The position numbers were made by a program, and so were the translations under genes. A stretch of 63,692 bases of DNA, filler included, from Reticulomyxa filosa (Eukaryota; Protista; Foraminifera), in assembly GCA_000512085.1 (NCBI GenBank). It is 20 parts of 20 records of this genome, joined end to end, with 100 filler letters (N's around TTAATTAATTAA, not from the genome) between each part and the next. Parts side by side here need not be neighbours in the genome. Positions count along the whole stretch, not along the records: positions 25,643 to 38,180 come from ASPP01006103.1; positions 38,281 to 43,279 come from ASPP01007119.1; 18 more parts are not named here. One strand, written 5' to 3'. Below the pieces are notes generated by a model. It saw only the letters and a list, made by a program, of their open reading frames with translations, was not told the origin of the DNA and did not search any database. The stretch's first letter is position 1. Each line of letters opens with the position of its first letter. Positions 25,700-38,324 of this stretch are shown piece by piece.

Positions 25700-28600
25700 G
25701 GAGATGGAAGATTGTCTATGTCGATTACTTGCTATCAACAAATACAATATCATTGCAAAAAGACTTGAAAAGTCCAGTAGCAAGTGTGGCTGATAAACAA
25801 TCCAAACAGGTGAAACATTGCTTTTTTTGATTTTCTTTGAACAAATGATAGATCTTGCACTTTTGTTGTTCTTTTGTAGCACTTGTTCGAATGTGCATGC
25901 AGAGCTCTTGGAAGGCTGCACTTTGCACATTTCATTGATGTGTTGAAAGAAAAAGAGCTATTATCACCGCTATTTGGAGATAATTTCGAACATTGTCGAA
26001 ATATCCTTAAGAACCGATTAAAGGGACTCTTGTTTAAAGCCACAAATCTTTCACCCGTTGAACAAATTTTGCATATTCTAGAGAAAAATGGAATGAAAGA
26101 AAGAAAAGGCTCTTATTTTGAAAAGTATCACAGTATCATTGATACTTTGTTAACTTTGGCTTTTGTCAGTATATTATCTGCCATTTATCAAAATGGTGGT
26201 TTTGCAGTTTTGTCATTTTTTTTTTTAAAAATTGTCACCACTAATACTTATAAAGTATATCACAAAATAATGGTTCAAAGAAATACATTGAAAGCAAGAG
26301 AAATAGTGGCAACGGATTTTCATGGTATGTCGAATTATTTGAAAAGGCATTGAGAAATGAAAAATTGGTCAAAATGGAGCCAGTACATATTGCTGTCAAT
26401 CACCTGCTTTTAGCTGTAATTGATCCTCAATTGTATTTAATTCAAACCGATTTGCAACATTCCTTTCCATTCAGTTGTTCCATTCATGCTTGGTGTCAAC
26501 AACAACTCTCAAGAATCCCAAGCTATCAAAAGGAATCTTGTATCAGCTGCGATACAATTGGAACAAATACCAATAGGAAATGACGATTTAACGCAATGGG
26601 ACATGGATTATTCCTTGAAAGCAGCCCATGAATATGCAATGGATTTGGTTCGATTTGAATTTTCATGGCGTTTGCACACATCAGAGCAACAAGATATCTT
26701 ACGAAATATCATCGTGTCTATGGCATTACTATTGTGTGGAAAATTGTCAATTGCTACTATTGAAGTGACCATACATCATTTTCGTCAAATAATTCTCCAT
26801 TATGCATATCTAATCTCTATCTCTTCCAAATTTTCAGATGAAATTCCAGATGTTCCCAAAGATCAGCCTGGACAATGGTTAATGAAAGCGACTCTGAATC
26901 TTTGGAAGTCTATTCCAATAAGGACAAGTTTTACCACAAATGATAGCATAAGATTTTTTCCCAAGTCAATTTCAATTGTCTTCAATTCCTTGTCCAAATA
27001 TCTACAAAAAGAGAATGCAAGTATTATGAATGAGCTATTACAAACTGCTCGAGAAATTGAAATTCGACGTCTTGGTATCATATATTTGGAAACAGATGAA
27101 TTCGTTGATGAAGAAAAATATTTGATTGAACATGGATTTTTGGAAAATGATAAATCAGTCGATCATGTCCTCAACAGCTATTCTAATAACCGAAATGCAA
27201 TACAACAAAAGTATCCCGATTTCATTCAAGACTTGCTTGCTGCAATTAGACGTATAGAGAAAATTGAGGAGAATGCAGATAAACGTAACGTGTATATTTC
27301 CATTTTGCAAAAATTGTATTCGCAGATCGACAGCAGACCCATTTTCAAAATACAAATATTCAAAGAAATGATGTTACATGGATATTTGAATAGCGACCTT
27401 AGTTTGCATTCTGAGGAAGCGGTGTTGTTGAGTCGTTGTTTGGAGTTGATGATCCTGAATGAAAAGATAAAGGAGGATGACGAGAATTGGAGGCAGCTGT
27501 GTGATGAAAAGAATACCTCCGATCTTGGTTTTGTTGCAAAAATTTCAAAAGTGAAAGTGGGTGTGGCTAGTCTTATTTTTAAGATGATTGATAAGGATAT
27601 CGATATCTCGCAACTCAAAGAAAACCAGCGTATATTGGAAGATATGAGTAAATTATTGTTGGATTTCGGCAATTTATATAAACAATATGAACATGCTTTG
27701 CATGTGTGGTTCTTGAAACAGTTGTATGTGATGAAAGGAATGCATTGGATTGAGGTCACATTCACTCATCCAAATATTGGAACACAATCCACTTTTTTGA
27801 AGAAATTAAAAACAAGTAATATATTTAGTTTATTGCGTGCAAGGACATTGCGTAATAGTTCTTTCAATCCTTTCGTTGGAGTATATGGAGATAGCATTTT
27901 TATGAAAAACATATTGGAAATTATGAACAAAGAGTTTGCAGTATTGCTCAAGAATCAGTCATTGAATATTCCTATTTCTCCCCGAATATTTGCCGAATCG
28001 CTAACATTGATCCATTTCCACGATGGTTACAACACCATCAATCAAATGCAAAGTGAATTTTTCTCTCTTTTAGCCTCTCAAATTTGTGTATTTATTTTCT
28101 CCACAATTTTGCTATTGTTTTGAAATAAAAAACACATAACAGGATTGCACGCATATATTCTGGTTTATGATCCATTGGAACTCCAAAAACAAAAAATATT
28201 TTGGCAAATTTTCATTCATTGGAGTGATTTCAAAAAAAGTGGATTGCCTATCAAAGACACAACTGATATAATTGCAATAACATTAGGTTTCCATTTTGTA
28301 TCCATTCTTCCATTTATGAAACAGAATCCATTTCAATTGCTATTGACTGATTCCGAATCATTTTTGCCTGTATCAATTGCCTCGAATGAATCTTTGAAAG
28401 TACATTATTGTTCAAATGGCCATGCATTATTGATTGATGACGAATCAAAGCAACAAGTGAAATGTCAAATAAATGATTGTGAAGCTTCCATTGTCAAAAC
28501 AATTTCCAAAGAATCAAATCAACGGAGGGATACAACGGACACGAAAGATGATTGGTTTGTATTGAAGAGATTTTATGCACCTCCCAAAAAAACAGAGTCA

Positions 28601-30517
28601 AGTTCATTGAAACCTTTGATATCGACATTGCTGCAATTGCTGTATCACTTGTTGTTATTTTTACGAAATGAAAGTATTCCACAAGACACTACAAAAATTC
28701 AACAATTGATAGGACAAACCAATCACGAGAATGTGTCAGAATATTTATGGAAAAAGATCAAATATTACCTCAAAGTATTGCAAACACTGACAAATTTGAA
28801 TGAAGAGCTACTATGCATTGCTATTCATTTGTGGATAAAAGATTTCTCCAAAAAATTTGAAGAATGGTATCCTGAAGGATTACCAAGCAATGATTCGAAA
28901 GTAGTTTGTAGATTTGAAAAAGATTTGGACGAAGAATACTCGACATTTTTTAATAGCAAAGCCAAATTTATTCAACTTCGAAACAAAAGTGAAATTATGT
29001 TAAATAACGACAACAAGTGGTTAGAATTGATGAGTGAAATTGAGGAAACTAAAGAAGTGGATGAACGTCATGAAACAATCTATATTGAAAGATTATTTTT
29101 GGAAGTTCAGAAATTTTCATGGAGAGATTTATTTCATGTGTTTACTGCAAATCCATCTCTGGCTAATGGTTATCCACTAATTGCTCAATTGTTAAATTGG
29201 GATTGGAATATTTGGTATCTGCAGTATTTACCAGATATTGCACACTTGATTAAATATGTTCACAAAAAATACTCTCGACAATTGATGCCAGATGAATTGT
29301 ATCGAATTCAAAAAGATAAAATCTTTGAACAAACTCATTCATATAAAAAATTAAAGAACTGTTTTGTAAGCTGTTGGAACTATTTTGCATTAAATCACCA
29401 ACAATTGCAACACGATTTTAAAAATTTACCTATTGATCAAGTATGCATTATCGATTCCAATGTGAACAATTCACAATTCAATATATATCAAATAATTCGA
29501 CATTTGGAACATCAGCACAATGAATTTTTGAAAATTTTTAAGCAATCTAACCATCCACACATTCAAGTCATTGAAGAAAAGAAAGAAAATTCTTTGTCAC
29601 AACATACTTACAAATATTTTTTTGATATCACAAAACATGATATTTTATGTTTTGATAAAGCAGCATTAAATACGATTATTGAACGACGAAGTAATCCAAT
29701 ATTGGAATATGGTCAATCTGACAAATCCAAATATTTTGATTTGGCTGCTATTGAAAATGATATTTATCATACTTTTATTCATGGTCGACAACAAATTACA
29801 TTTGTTATTCCTTTATTCGAATATCGCAATGAATTTGATATTTGCAATTGCATTACAACCATTGAAACCAAATATAAAGTTCTCAAATGTGCTCAATTTC
29901 AATCATTTTGGGATAATTTACGCTTATCTGTTGCATCTTCCTTGCAAAAGCAAAGAGCATTGGAAATGATAAATGATGCCATTGTTCATTTATTTCAAAA
30001 AAATAATGAAATCAATATAGATGTTGAATTAACAGAATTATTTAAAAATTTGCAATTTGAAAAAAAAGACTGGATTTTGTTTGATAAATTAAATTATTTC
30101 AACAATAAGGCCGATAAGCTCTGTGTCAAACATATTGGAGTATTGTGGCGACAACTGAGAAACTCAGTTCGATCGGAACAATTGGATGAAAGCTCAATTA
30201 TCCCATTTGTTCTTGAAATTTATCAACAACCTTTGACCAATGAAATTAAAGTACAGATTAAGGAATTTGTTAATAAAACGTCATTGGGCACCGTGAAAGA
30301 CATATTAAGTGCATGGCGTGAAATAGCTTATAAACAAGGGCAAATTAAACGAGATTTATCAAACGTTGAATTTAGTCATTTGTTAGAGCAATATGTCTCT
30401 AAAGATCAATTAGAATGTTTTCCTAGTCATTTAGTGACATGGAATTATTGTGCTTTTGCATATCAATATGCATATCAATGTGTATATCAAGAATGGAAAA
30501 ATATAATCCAAAATTAG
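25700..30517 (+). CDS. RNF213/mysterin-like protein, post-AAA+ region to C-terminus; 5'-truncated; apparent frameshift near 26510
   Basis: Colinear motifs resembling RNF213: WKIVYVDYL, FPFS, YCSNGH..CxxxxC (RZ), LLQLLYHLLL, YPLIAQLL..LQYLPDI, CFVSCWN, HLEHQHNEFL, FDLAAIENDI..FIHGR, VKHIGVLWRQL, ECFP; intron 28053-28142 joins the two long ORFs. Confidence 0.75.
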
Positions 30518-31324
30518 TAAATTCAGAGCGGAATTTTTGGATGTTTTTCTAAAAAAAGGATAAACTTTTTAATTGTTGTTAAATCCTTTTGTGTAAGAGA
30601 AATTCTTTGTAAATACATTTATTGTAAGAGACATTTACTTAGCCAGCTCATTCCAAAATTTCTTTTTTAAATTGGTTGCTTACCAGCTGTTCCAAATTAG
30701 GAGTGTAAACACAAAAAATAAAACATTTACTTGTTTGGGTTCCAAATGTCGTGCCAACAGAGTTAATTTTTAGTTCTAGACAAAAACCCAATGCAAGTAA
30801 ATTATTTCACAAACGTGACTTTTTTTTACGATTTCATACGTCGAGGACTATTTATGCTTCTTTTGGAAATTGCAATACTGTAAATTACAAAAATTTGCAT
30901 GTTATTTTCATTGTAACAGCCACACTAAAATTTCTGAAGGAGGCTTCGCTTATGAATATAGCCATGTTAATTCTCAATTTGTTACAAAGTCATTGATAAG
31001 CAAAGGGATGACCGCGATATGTGCACGTATACATATCTATATAGACTTGTGGTTAGAAAACTGCAAGCAACTCTGACCCAGATTCAATATATCGTTATAT
31101 TATGAGGATGGCAATTACCGTTGCAAAATACAAGCGCAAGGGAAGACATAATAGAATTTGGCATTATAGCACTTGCAATAAGATTGACAACAGTTATCGA
31201 GAAAATTCGAAAGTGAACATAAGCCATCATTCATATTTGTTGGAGTATCGTCTTTTGCATTTTGTGTATTAATTCCTGCCATTCTTGCAGCAACTGAAAA
31301 TCGGTGTGGAAAAAATCGTCTAAC

Positions 31325-31906
31325 TATTCTTGCCAATGGTTTGGACTCATCTAAGGATGTCACGACTAATGGCATTTTTGGAGCAAATACGACTTCAGCT
31401 TGATCACTGGCTTCAATGAAAGTGGCGCCCTCAACTTTTGCATTATATGTTGCCTTTCCCATTTTCCATTTGATTTCCAACATGTGACAAGGAGCTTTAG
31501 CAGTTCGGATATGAATCTATTGGGTGAATCCTCCTTTACAGTTGCTTTTTCTGTCATTAGTTGCAGCTTTCAATTGCCCTGGATGATACAAAAGCGGTAA
31601 ATTTGATTGCGTGTTTTGGTGGGCTATGATCTACAGCAGGGCCATCAATGCACATCATATCACCAGTATGCGGCATATTTTCCTTTTTCAATTTTTTCAC
31701 GTTTACACCGACGTTGTCACCAGCTTCTGCTTTGTCGATTGTTTTGTGGTGTATTTCAACAGAAAATGCTTTACCAGTTGCGTTCGCTGGATAAAAAAAC
31801 GAACAGGGGACCCAATGGGAATTATTTCTTGTTCAATACGTTCAGTGATTACATCATACACTTCTTTAATGCTATAAACACCACTGACTGGCATATGGAA
31901 TGGTTT
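31325..31906 (-). pseudogene. EFL: EFL (elongation factor-like GTPase) domains II-III pseudogene
   Basis: KPFHMPVSGVYSIK..DVITERIEQ / TGKAFSVEIHHKTIDKAEAGDNVGVNVKN / ENMPHTGDMM / EIKWKMGK..AEVVFAPKMPLVV..LARI, with several frameshifts. Confidence 0.88.
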
Positions 31907-32018
31907 TCAATTCATTATCATAGTCCAAAGCAACACAGTACAATTTTTCATTAATATCTTGCACAATTTCCTTCTTGTCAGTGGTTGTGAAGAAATATAT
32001 TCTTTCTATTAAGGTTTT
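31902..32018 (-). pseudogene. Actin gene fragment
   Basis: KTLIERIYFFTTTDKKEIVQDINEKLYCVALDYDNELKT versus actin [32 protein letters not shown]. Confidence 0.88.
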
Positions 32019-32247
32019 TCCAATCTTGTGCTCGACGATGTGGCCCAAATACTTGCTAAGTAATCACTGTTGTGATTTTTGATGATTGGATCAATCGCTG
32101 ATTTATGATTCTTTGTTCCATTATGTCTATCTTCTTATGTCGTTGAGACTACTTTTCTAATGTCTCCCATCACCTGTTTACTTCCATGGTTTGCTTCTAG
32201 CGCTCTTCCTCTTTTCTTTTATGGGAGCAAAGGCCACTGTAACCGTA

Positions 32248-32730
32248 TTCTTTGTTGTTGAGATAGAAACATTACAAAAAACAACATAAAAAAACTTGAA
32301 CTACATCCCCCCCATCGAACACTTTTGGAAATTTTTTTTTTGACAAAAAGTGGTTTTTTTAAAAAAATTGGTTCAAAAAAAATCAAAAATGACCCACAAA
32401 TTACAAAAAATGACCCAATTCTAAAAAACTCAAGAACGTCTCGCAATCATCATTTTTCACTTTAGAAAAAAAAATGGTTGGTGCCATTTGATTGTTACTG
32501 ATTAAGCTGATTCATGCTTTTTTTTTACTTCGGTTTTTTTCAAAAATATTCAAATAAAATTGAAGTAAAACAATCAAAAACATCAACACCAGCAAATACA
32601 CAAACAAAATTCGAAAAAAACTTATTTATTAAAAGCAACACATTAACAGATTAAATTTATTTTTTTCCAAAAAAAACAACGTACAAACGCTAATTATTTA
32701 TTTAAAAGCATTGTACATGTACGTATCAAT
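32248..32730 (+). repeat. Long diverged repeat, copy A (inverted partner 35415-35800)
   Basis: 26-nt perfect core TTGAACTACATCCCCCCCATCGAACA (32296-32321) plus colinear blocks AAATGACCCACAA, TACTGATTAA.CTGATTCATG and TACATGTACGTA. Confidence 0.85.
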
Positions 32731-33299
32731 CAAATTAGGAAGCCAAAGAATTCTATTTGAAAAGTGCAACCAGACAAGCTATTTTAAGACACATTCACAA
32801 AATCGTGAACATATACTTAACAAACAAACAAACAAAAAAATATCGGGTCTAAACTGACAAAACTCAGGTGAAGACAAATGCTGTCCAAAAATAGTCAGAT
32901 TGCTAGCAGAACAAAGTCTGCAATAATGTGGAATTAAATTAATCAGCTTATTCTTCAATTGACATGTTATAACAATAATTACCAACAACTTTTGATTGCC
33001 TTCTCCAATTTGAATTATCTGCCGTATTAGTCTTTTTCTGTTTGAACGCGTCATATTGACAATTTATCATCCGATAAATTACTATTATTGATATTTGACG
33101 CTTTTTTTTCCCCATGTCCTTTTTTAAAAAAAAAAATAAGAGTAGAATAAGTATATTCTATATACATACTTATACGTACCACAATTTAATCCTTTTTCCA
33201 CGTTTTAACTGACAAGCGCTCTTTCGACTAAGATGTCACGAAAACTGTCCAAATATATTACAATGAAATTATAATTAAATAATAATCTTCACTAAAGTA

Positions 33300-33651
33300 C
33301 TTAGCCATGATTACGTATCCACAGATTATTTCTTTCAATCAGAATATCATTTGTACAATAATACGATCATCATTACAGATATCATTACTATAACAATATA
33401 AATGCCCTCGTTGTATTCTTTGATATGTGATCAATTCCAATCCAATATTTTCAATGTGACATAACACATGTCATTGTGTTGCTTTTTATATGTTCATAAA
33501 ATTTCTTTTGCTTGTCAGTTGAACCATCATTCAATACTACTATCTCTAAAGGTTCACGTTTGGCGAACCAGTGAGGTCAAACGCTCTTCAAAACAGATCT
33601 CACTGTCCTGAGCAGGCACAATCATTTTTTCTTGTTTCATTTCTTGTGTCA
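33300..33651 (-). pseudogene. Glycosyltransferase family 2 pseudogene (N-terminal part)
   Basis: MIVPAQDSEICFEERLTSLVRQT, frameshift, EPLEIVVLNDGSTDK, then stops. Confidence 0.7.
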
Positions 33652-35414
33652 TTTGTATAATAGTTTTCTTTTTAATGAAACCCAGCTGTTAACGACTTAC
33701 AACAACACACCATATCTTTTGTTGTATCAAAAACCGAAACAAGTTTAAATGCAAAAAATAATTTTCTAAACAAACAAATTTTAAAAAATACTGCCTTAAT
33801 TTTTAATTTTTTTCAATTAGATCCAGATTATTTTACTTGAAAAAAGAAAAAACTTTGGGTCAGTTGAAGGTAGAAAAAAAACTTTTGCGTCATAAGCTCT
33901 TATCTTAAAAACTATCAACTCCCTAAGTTTTTACCAACACAAAATGTACTATCCGAATTATTTGTCGTCCAAGAAGGAAGTGAGCATTAATCTATTTACA
34001 AGCCTTCCTTGAACAAAGAAAAAGAAGCGAAACAAGATCGCAATGTATAATGAGATATAAATAAATGGTCATCGATTATAAGTACAAATCTTTGAATAGC
34101 ATAATAGCGGCTGCTGTCAATTGTGGAAATAATTATGTGTGGTAATTATTCTAAGTGCGTCTATACTGATCTATTGCCACGGTCGTACTGCCGCCATAGA
34201 AGATGATACAATATCGTATCCATTACAAATGGCCTGTCCTGCGATATAAATGCACGACGATGTATATCTAGCCCTTCAACGACAAATCGTAGTCGTTGAT
34301 GTGGTCTAGGGCTTCCTTGACTATCATCAGCACATCTTTGGCACGTGATACACTGGAGCTTGTTGCAAAAAGTCACTTTTACTGAAACGACTTTCTACGC
34401 ACTTTCTTGAAAAAGGGACAAAAGTTGATTTAATACGGTTCTGCAACGTCATTTTGTTCAAAATTGTAATTGACAGAGTGCAGTAAATATAAGTTGTTGA
34501 TGCTTGTCCTTCGTTCTGTACTTGCGTCATTAAAGCTTTGTTTACTTTTCCAAAAATTAAAAACTTTGGTGTGTTGTTTTTGAATGATGAATTTTGAAAT
34601 GCATAATAAGATGTCTGCACGAAGAGAAAAAATGAAAACTAAACAAACATTGTTTCAATTCATTGTTTTAAGGCAAAAAAAATGGGAAAGAAGGGTCTGC
34701 TGCACCTGTATACCGGTGTAGTAAACTCGTTATTGGTTTAATTTGTATAGCCCATATAAAATTTCACGCAACATTTCTTTTTTTTTTTGAACAGAGGTAC
34801 GAGGAAAAAAAAAGAAGTTTTTCTCTTCCTTCTTTGAGGACTATGAAGTAATGCTGAAGAACATTGAAGTAGCTAACAAACCAAGCTATCCAACAAATTT
34901 TATATCAAAATAATGTGTGTTCTTTATTTAAAAACTTAAAGCGACAAAACGTGACAACAAAATATTGGAAATCAAATTATCAACGTGAGATAAAACGGAA
35001 CATATTAAATACTTACATTTAATTGGAGAAGTAATTCCAAAAAAAACAAAGCTCAACTCAATCTTTTTTTTTAATAGCATTTGGTCTCACCTGGATTTGA
35101 CAGTTTAGAAACCCTAGATTTTTTTGTCTGTTTGATACGTACATGTAAAAATAATTTTGTGAATACGTTTTTTAAAACGAAAGTATAATTCACCGAAGTA
35201 GTGAAGAACTTGATACATGACAAATAATATATTGTGTTTCATTGAACCACCAACAAATACAGCAAATTCTTTGAACAAATTCAAATACGCTATCATATAA
35301 GTGTAAATTTAATGATGAGATATGCTTTTTTAACCAAACGGTCATAATAAGGTAAAATGCTACCGAAAATCCCTTTTTAAAAAAACATTACGTTGTTAGA
35401 AATAAACTGGTGAG

Positions 35415-35800
35415 TTGGTTACGTACATGTATACGGTTTTTAAATAATTGTTGCCGTACGTAATTTTTTTAAATAGAAATTTAGGTGATCTTGTTTCAAT
35501 TTTATTATATATGTTTTTGAAAATATGACAAAAGTAAAAAAAAGAACATGAATCAGTTTAATCAGTACCGTCAAGTGGCACACCAACTTTTTTTTTTGTA
35601 ATTAGTACGAAACGTCCTTGAATTTTTAAGATTTGTGTTATTTTCCAAATTGTGGGTCATTTCTTATTTTTTTGACCCAATTTTAAAAAATAACTGCTTT
35701 TTAAAAAAAAACTCAAAAATGTTCGATGGGGGGGATGTAGTTCAATTTTTTTTATTTTGCCCTTTGTAATGTATGTGTTTCGAGAACAAACAACAAAGAT
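35415..35800 (-). repeat. Long diverged repeat, copy B
   Basis: Core TGTTCGATGGGGGGGATGTAGTTCAA at 35720-35745; reverse complement aligns with copy A apart from one indel of about 70 bp. Confidence 0.85.
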
Positions 35801-38283
35801 TTAATAACTACTTGCTGTCAAAAATGGTCTATTAACGCTCTGAGGCTTTCATTAAGTGTTGTTTTGCACAAAAGACTATTTCAAAAAGAAATGAAAGTTA
35901 TCAGCGGACTAACGAACAAATTGATTATATTATTTTGTGCATTTCTTCTCTGCAATCACCGATCGAATTGTTCAATATCGCTATGCTTCATTACCACTTT
36001 ATCACGGTATGAATATACTCTTAATTAGTGCTTGGACTCATCAAAACTAGAATGATGATGAGATCGCTTGATCGTATACGTTCGTTCGCCATGATCTACA
36101 ACTGATATCACTTATACAATTTTCTTTATGTTTTTTCTATTATTTTTAAATCTACTTTTGTCTTTTTTTGAGAATTGCAAATTTGCTATAACGCTTTAAT
36201 GTTTTCTTTGAAAAATTAAAATCTTTTAGTATAAAAAAAGTCACATGAAACTGACTTTTATTAAAATTAAGTCAAAGTATATGTTGTGTGAACAGCAAGA
36301 CAATAATCAAAATGCCCATACTACAACAACTAAAAAAAATTGAGTAAAGGCAATCAATTGTAAAATATTTATTATAAATTAAAAAATGATATTAAATAAT
36401 CACTGTTCAAAAAATTATTTGTGATTGGCCCCCTTGAGAAAATCACGTAATGCAATATAAAAATTAGCCTCGAGATATTCTTTGTGAAATACCTAAATAA
36501 TGATCAAAAACATATTGACAGTGGGAACAAGAGGGACTTGTAAAAGAGACTATGTGTATTATTGTCACATATACACAAAATATTCCAATTCATAATCACA
36601 AAGAAAATGTTTGGATAATTGCTTATTTTAAAATAACGATTATGAAGTAGTAATACGAAGGAGATTAGATTCTCAAAAAAGAAGAGAAAGTCTGAGATAA
36701 TACGACAAAAGAGTAGAAAAAGTTTATGACAACTGTTTAGAAGGACGTTTCTTCAAACTTTTGTTTTTTTGGTCTTTGTATATACAACATAAAAAAACAT
36801 ATGCTCATTTCACTTTTTTTTGATATTTCATGGACTTGTTGATCATAGTCTAGTATCACAGAAAAATAAGTGAGCACAATATCTTATGATCATGGAAGCG
36901 AAAACTAACAGATTTTGTTTGTTAACTATAGATTGTAATATTCATTTAACCAAATAATTTCAACAAAAGACTTTTGGCAAACAAAAAAAGATTATTGTTC
37001 AAATATGACAAATTTCCACAATAAAAATCCTCCTTACGCATTACAATCACTCTCCGCTCTAAATATGGTAGAATTGTGTCTCCATTGAATGAATGAATCT
37101 ATTTTTCCCAAGGCTACCATAATATAAACTAACGTTGAGTTTGAATTCAATAAAAACTCAAAGCTTCATATATTAACGAGAAGTCAGTCTCTCTATTCTC
37201 TAATAAGAGAAAACAAGCATAAAATTCGTTATTTGGCTGATTTACTTCAATACAATATTGATAATAAGTAATTGTTAAATACTTCTATCTGAGACAAATA
37301 ACTTTTTTCACAAACAAATCAAAATGATAAATTGAGTATATTTTTGTTTTTTTTTTTTGACACGATTTTTTATTAAAAATTAATTATACTTGTGTTTGAA
37401 GTTCACATTGGACACTATAAAACATTAATTTGATTCATACAAACCCAAAAAGTTTTCAATTATATTTTGCCAAATTCTTCAGAAATATAGTCTTATAGAA
37501 TTATTTCATCCCTCCAATATCATTTTAAAGTTGTAGGTTTTCTGTTTGAGATTTTATCTTTTGATAACATATAACTGCCAAAAGTATTTACAAAACAGTG
37601 CAATAGTGAATTGTATTTCATAGAGAATAAATAAAGAACACAAAAAGTTGATTTGATGTCAATCAGCACAAAAAAGAATATTCATTCAATCAATTTTTAT
37701 AAATTGTCAACAATATTGATTAATGTGGTGTACAAAATTAGTTTCGCCTTGCAAAGCAGCAAAAAGTAGTTAAAATATTGCAAATGCGGACAAATTTTTA
37801 AAAAACGAGGAAACGGATGTGTATGTACTGAAAAAGGGTTTGGACTTATTACAGATGGATACCTTGTCCTTAGCAACACGTTACTCGTTATTGAGAGACC
37901 AGCATTTAGCCTTGGAAAAGTATTGGCTCATTCAACATGGCAAAGGCCAAGCGAAAATCAAGAAACTAGGTTGTCACACGCCGTGTTGCTGTCATTATTG
38001 CAGCAGCCACAGTGACAAACACAACCTTAACAAACAGCCGAAGGCCTCCATAAATACAAGACTGTGTTGATAATAAAAATATTGTCGATATTGGTATATG
38101 CACCCAGACACCAAAGATAGCAAGAACAATAATCCGAGTGAAGCGACAAACAAAGAGCCAGTGCAATTATTGGAGCAGCTNNNNNNNNNNNNNNNNNNNN
38201 NNNNNNNNNNNNNNNNNNNNNNNNTTAATTAATTAANNNNNNNNNNNNNNNNNNNNNNNNNNNNNNNNNNNNNNNNNNNNCAC

Positions 38284-38314
<31 letters not shown>

Positions 38315-38324
38315 TTTGAATTAG

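Noticed and set aside
35720-35745. GGGGATGTAGTTCAA resembles the 5' end of tRNA-Ala
   Set aside because: No cloverleaf follows; treated only as the repeat core
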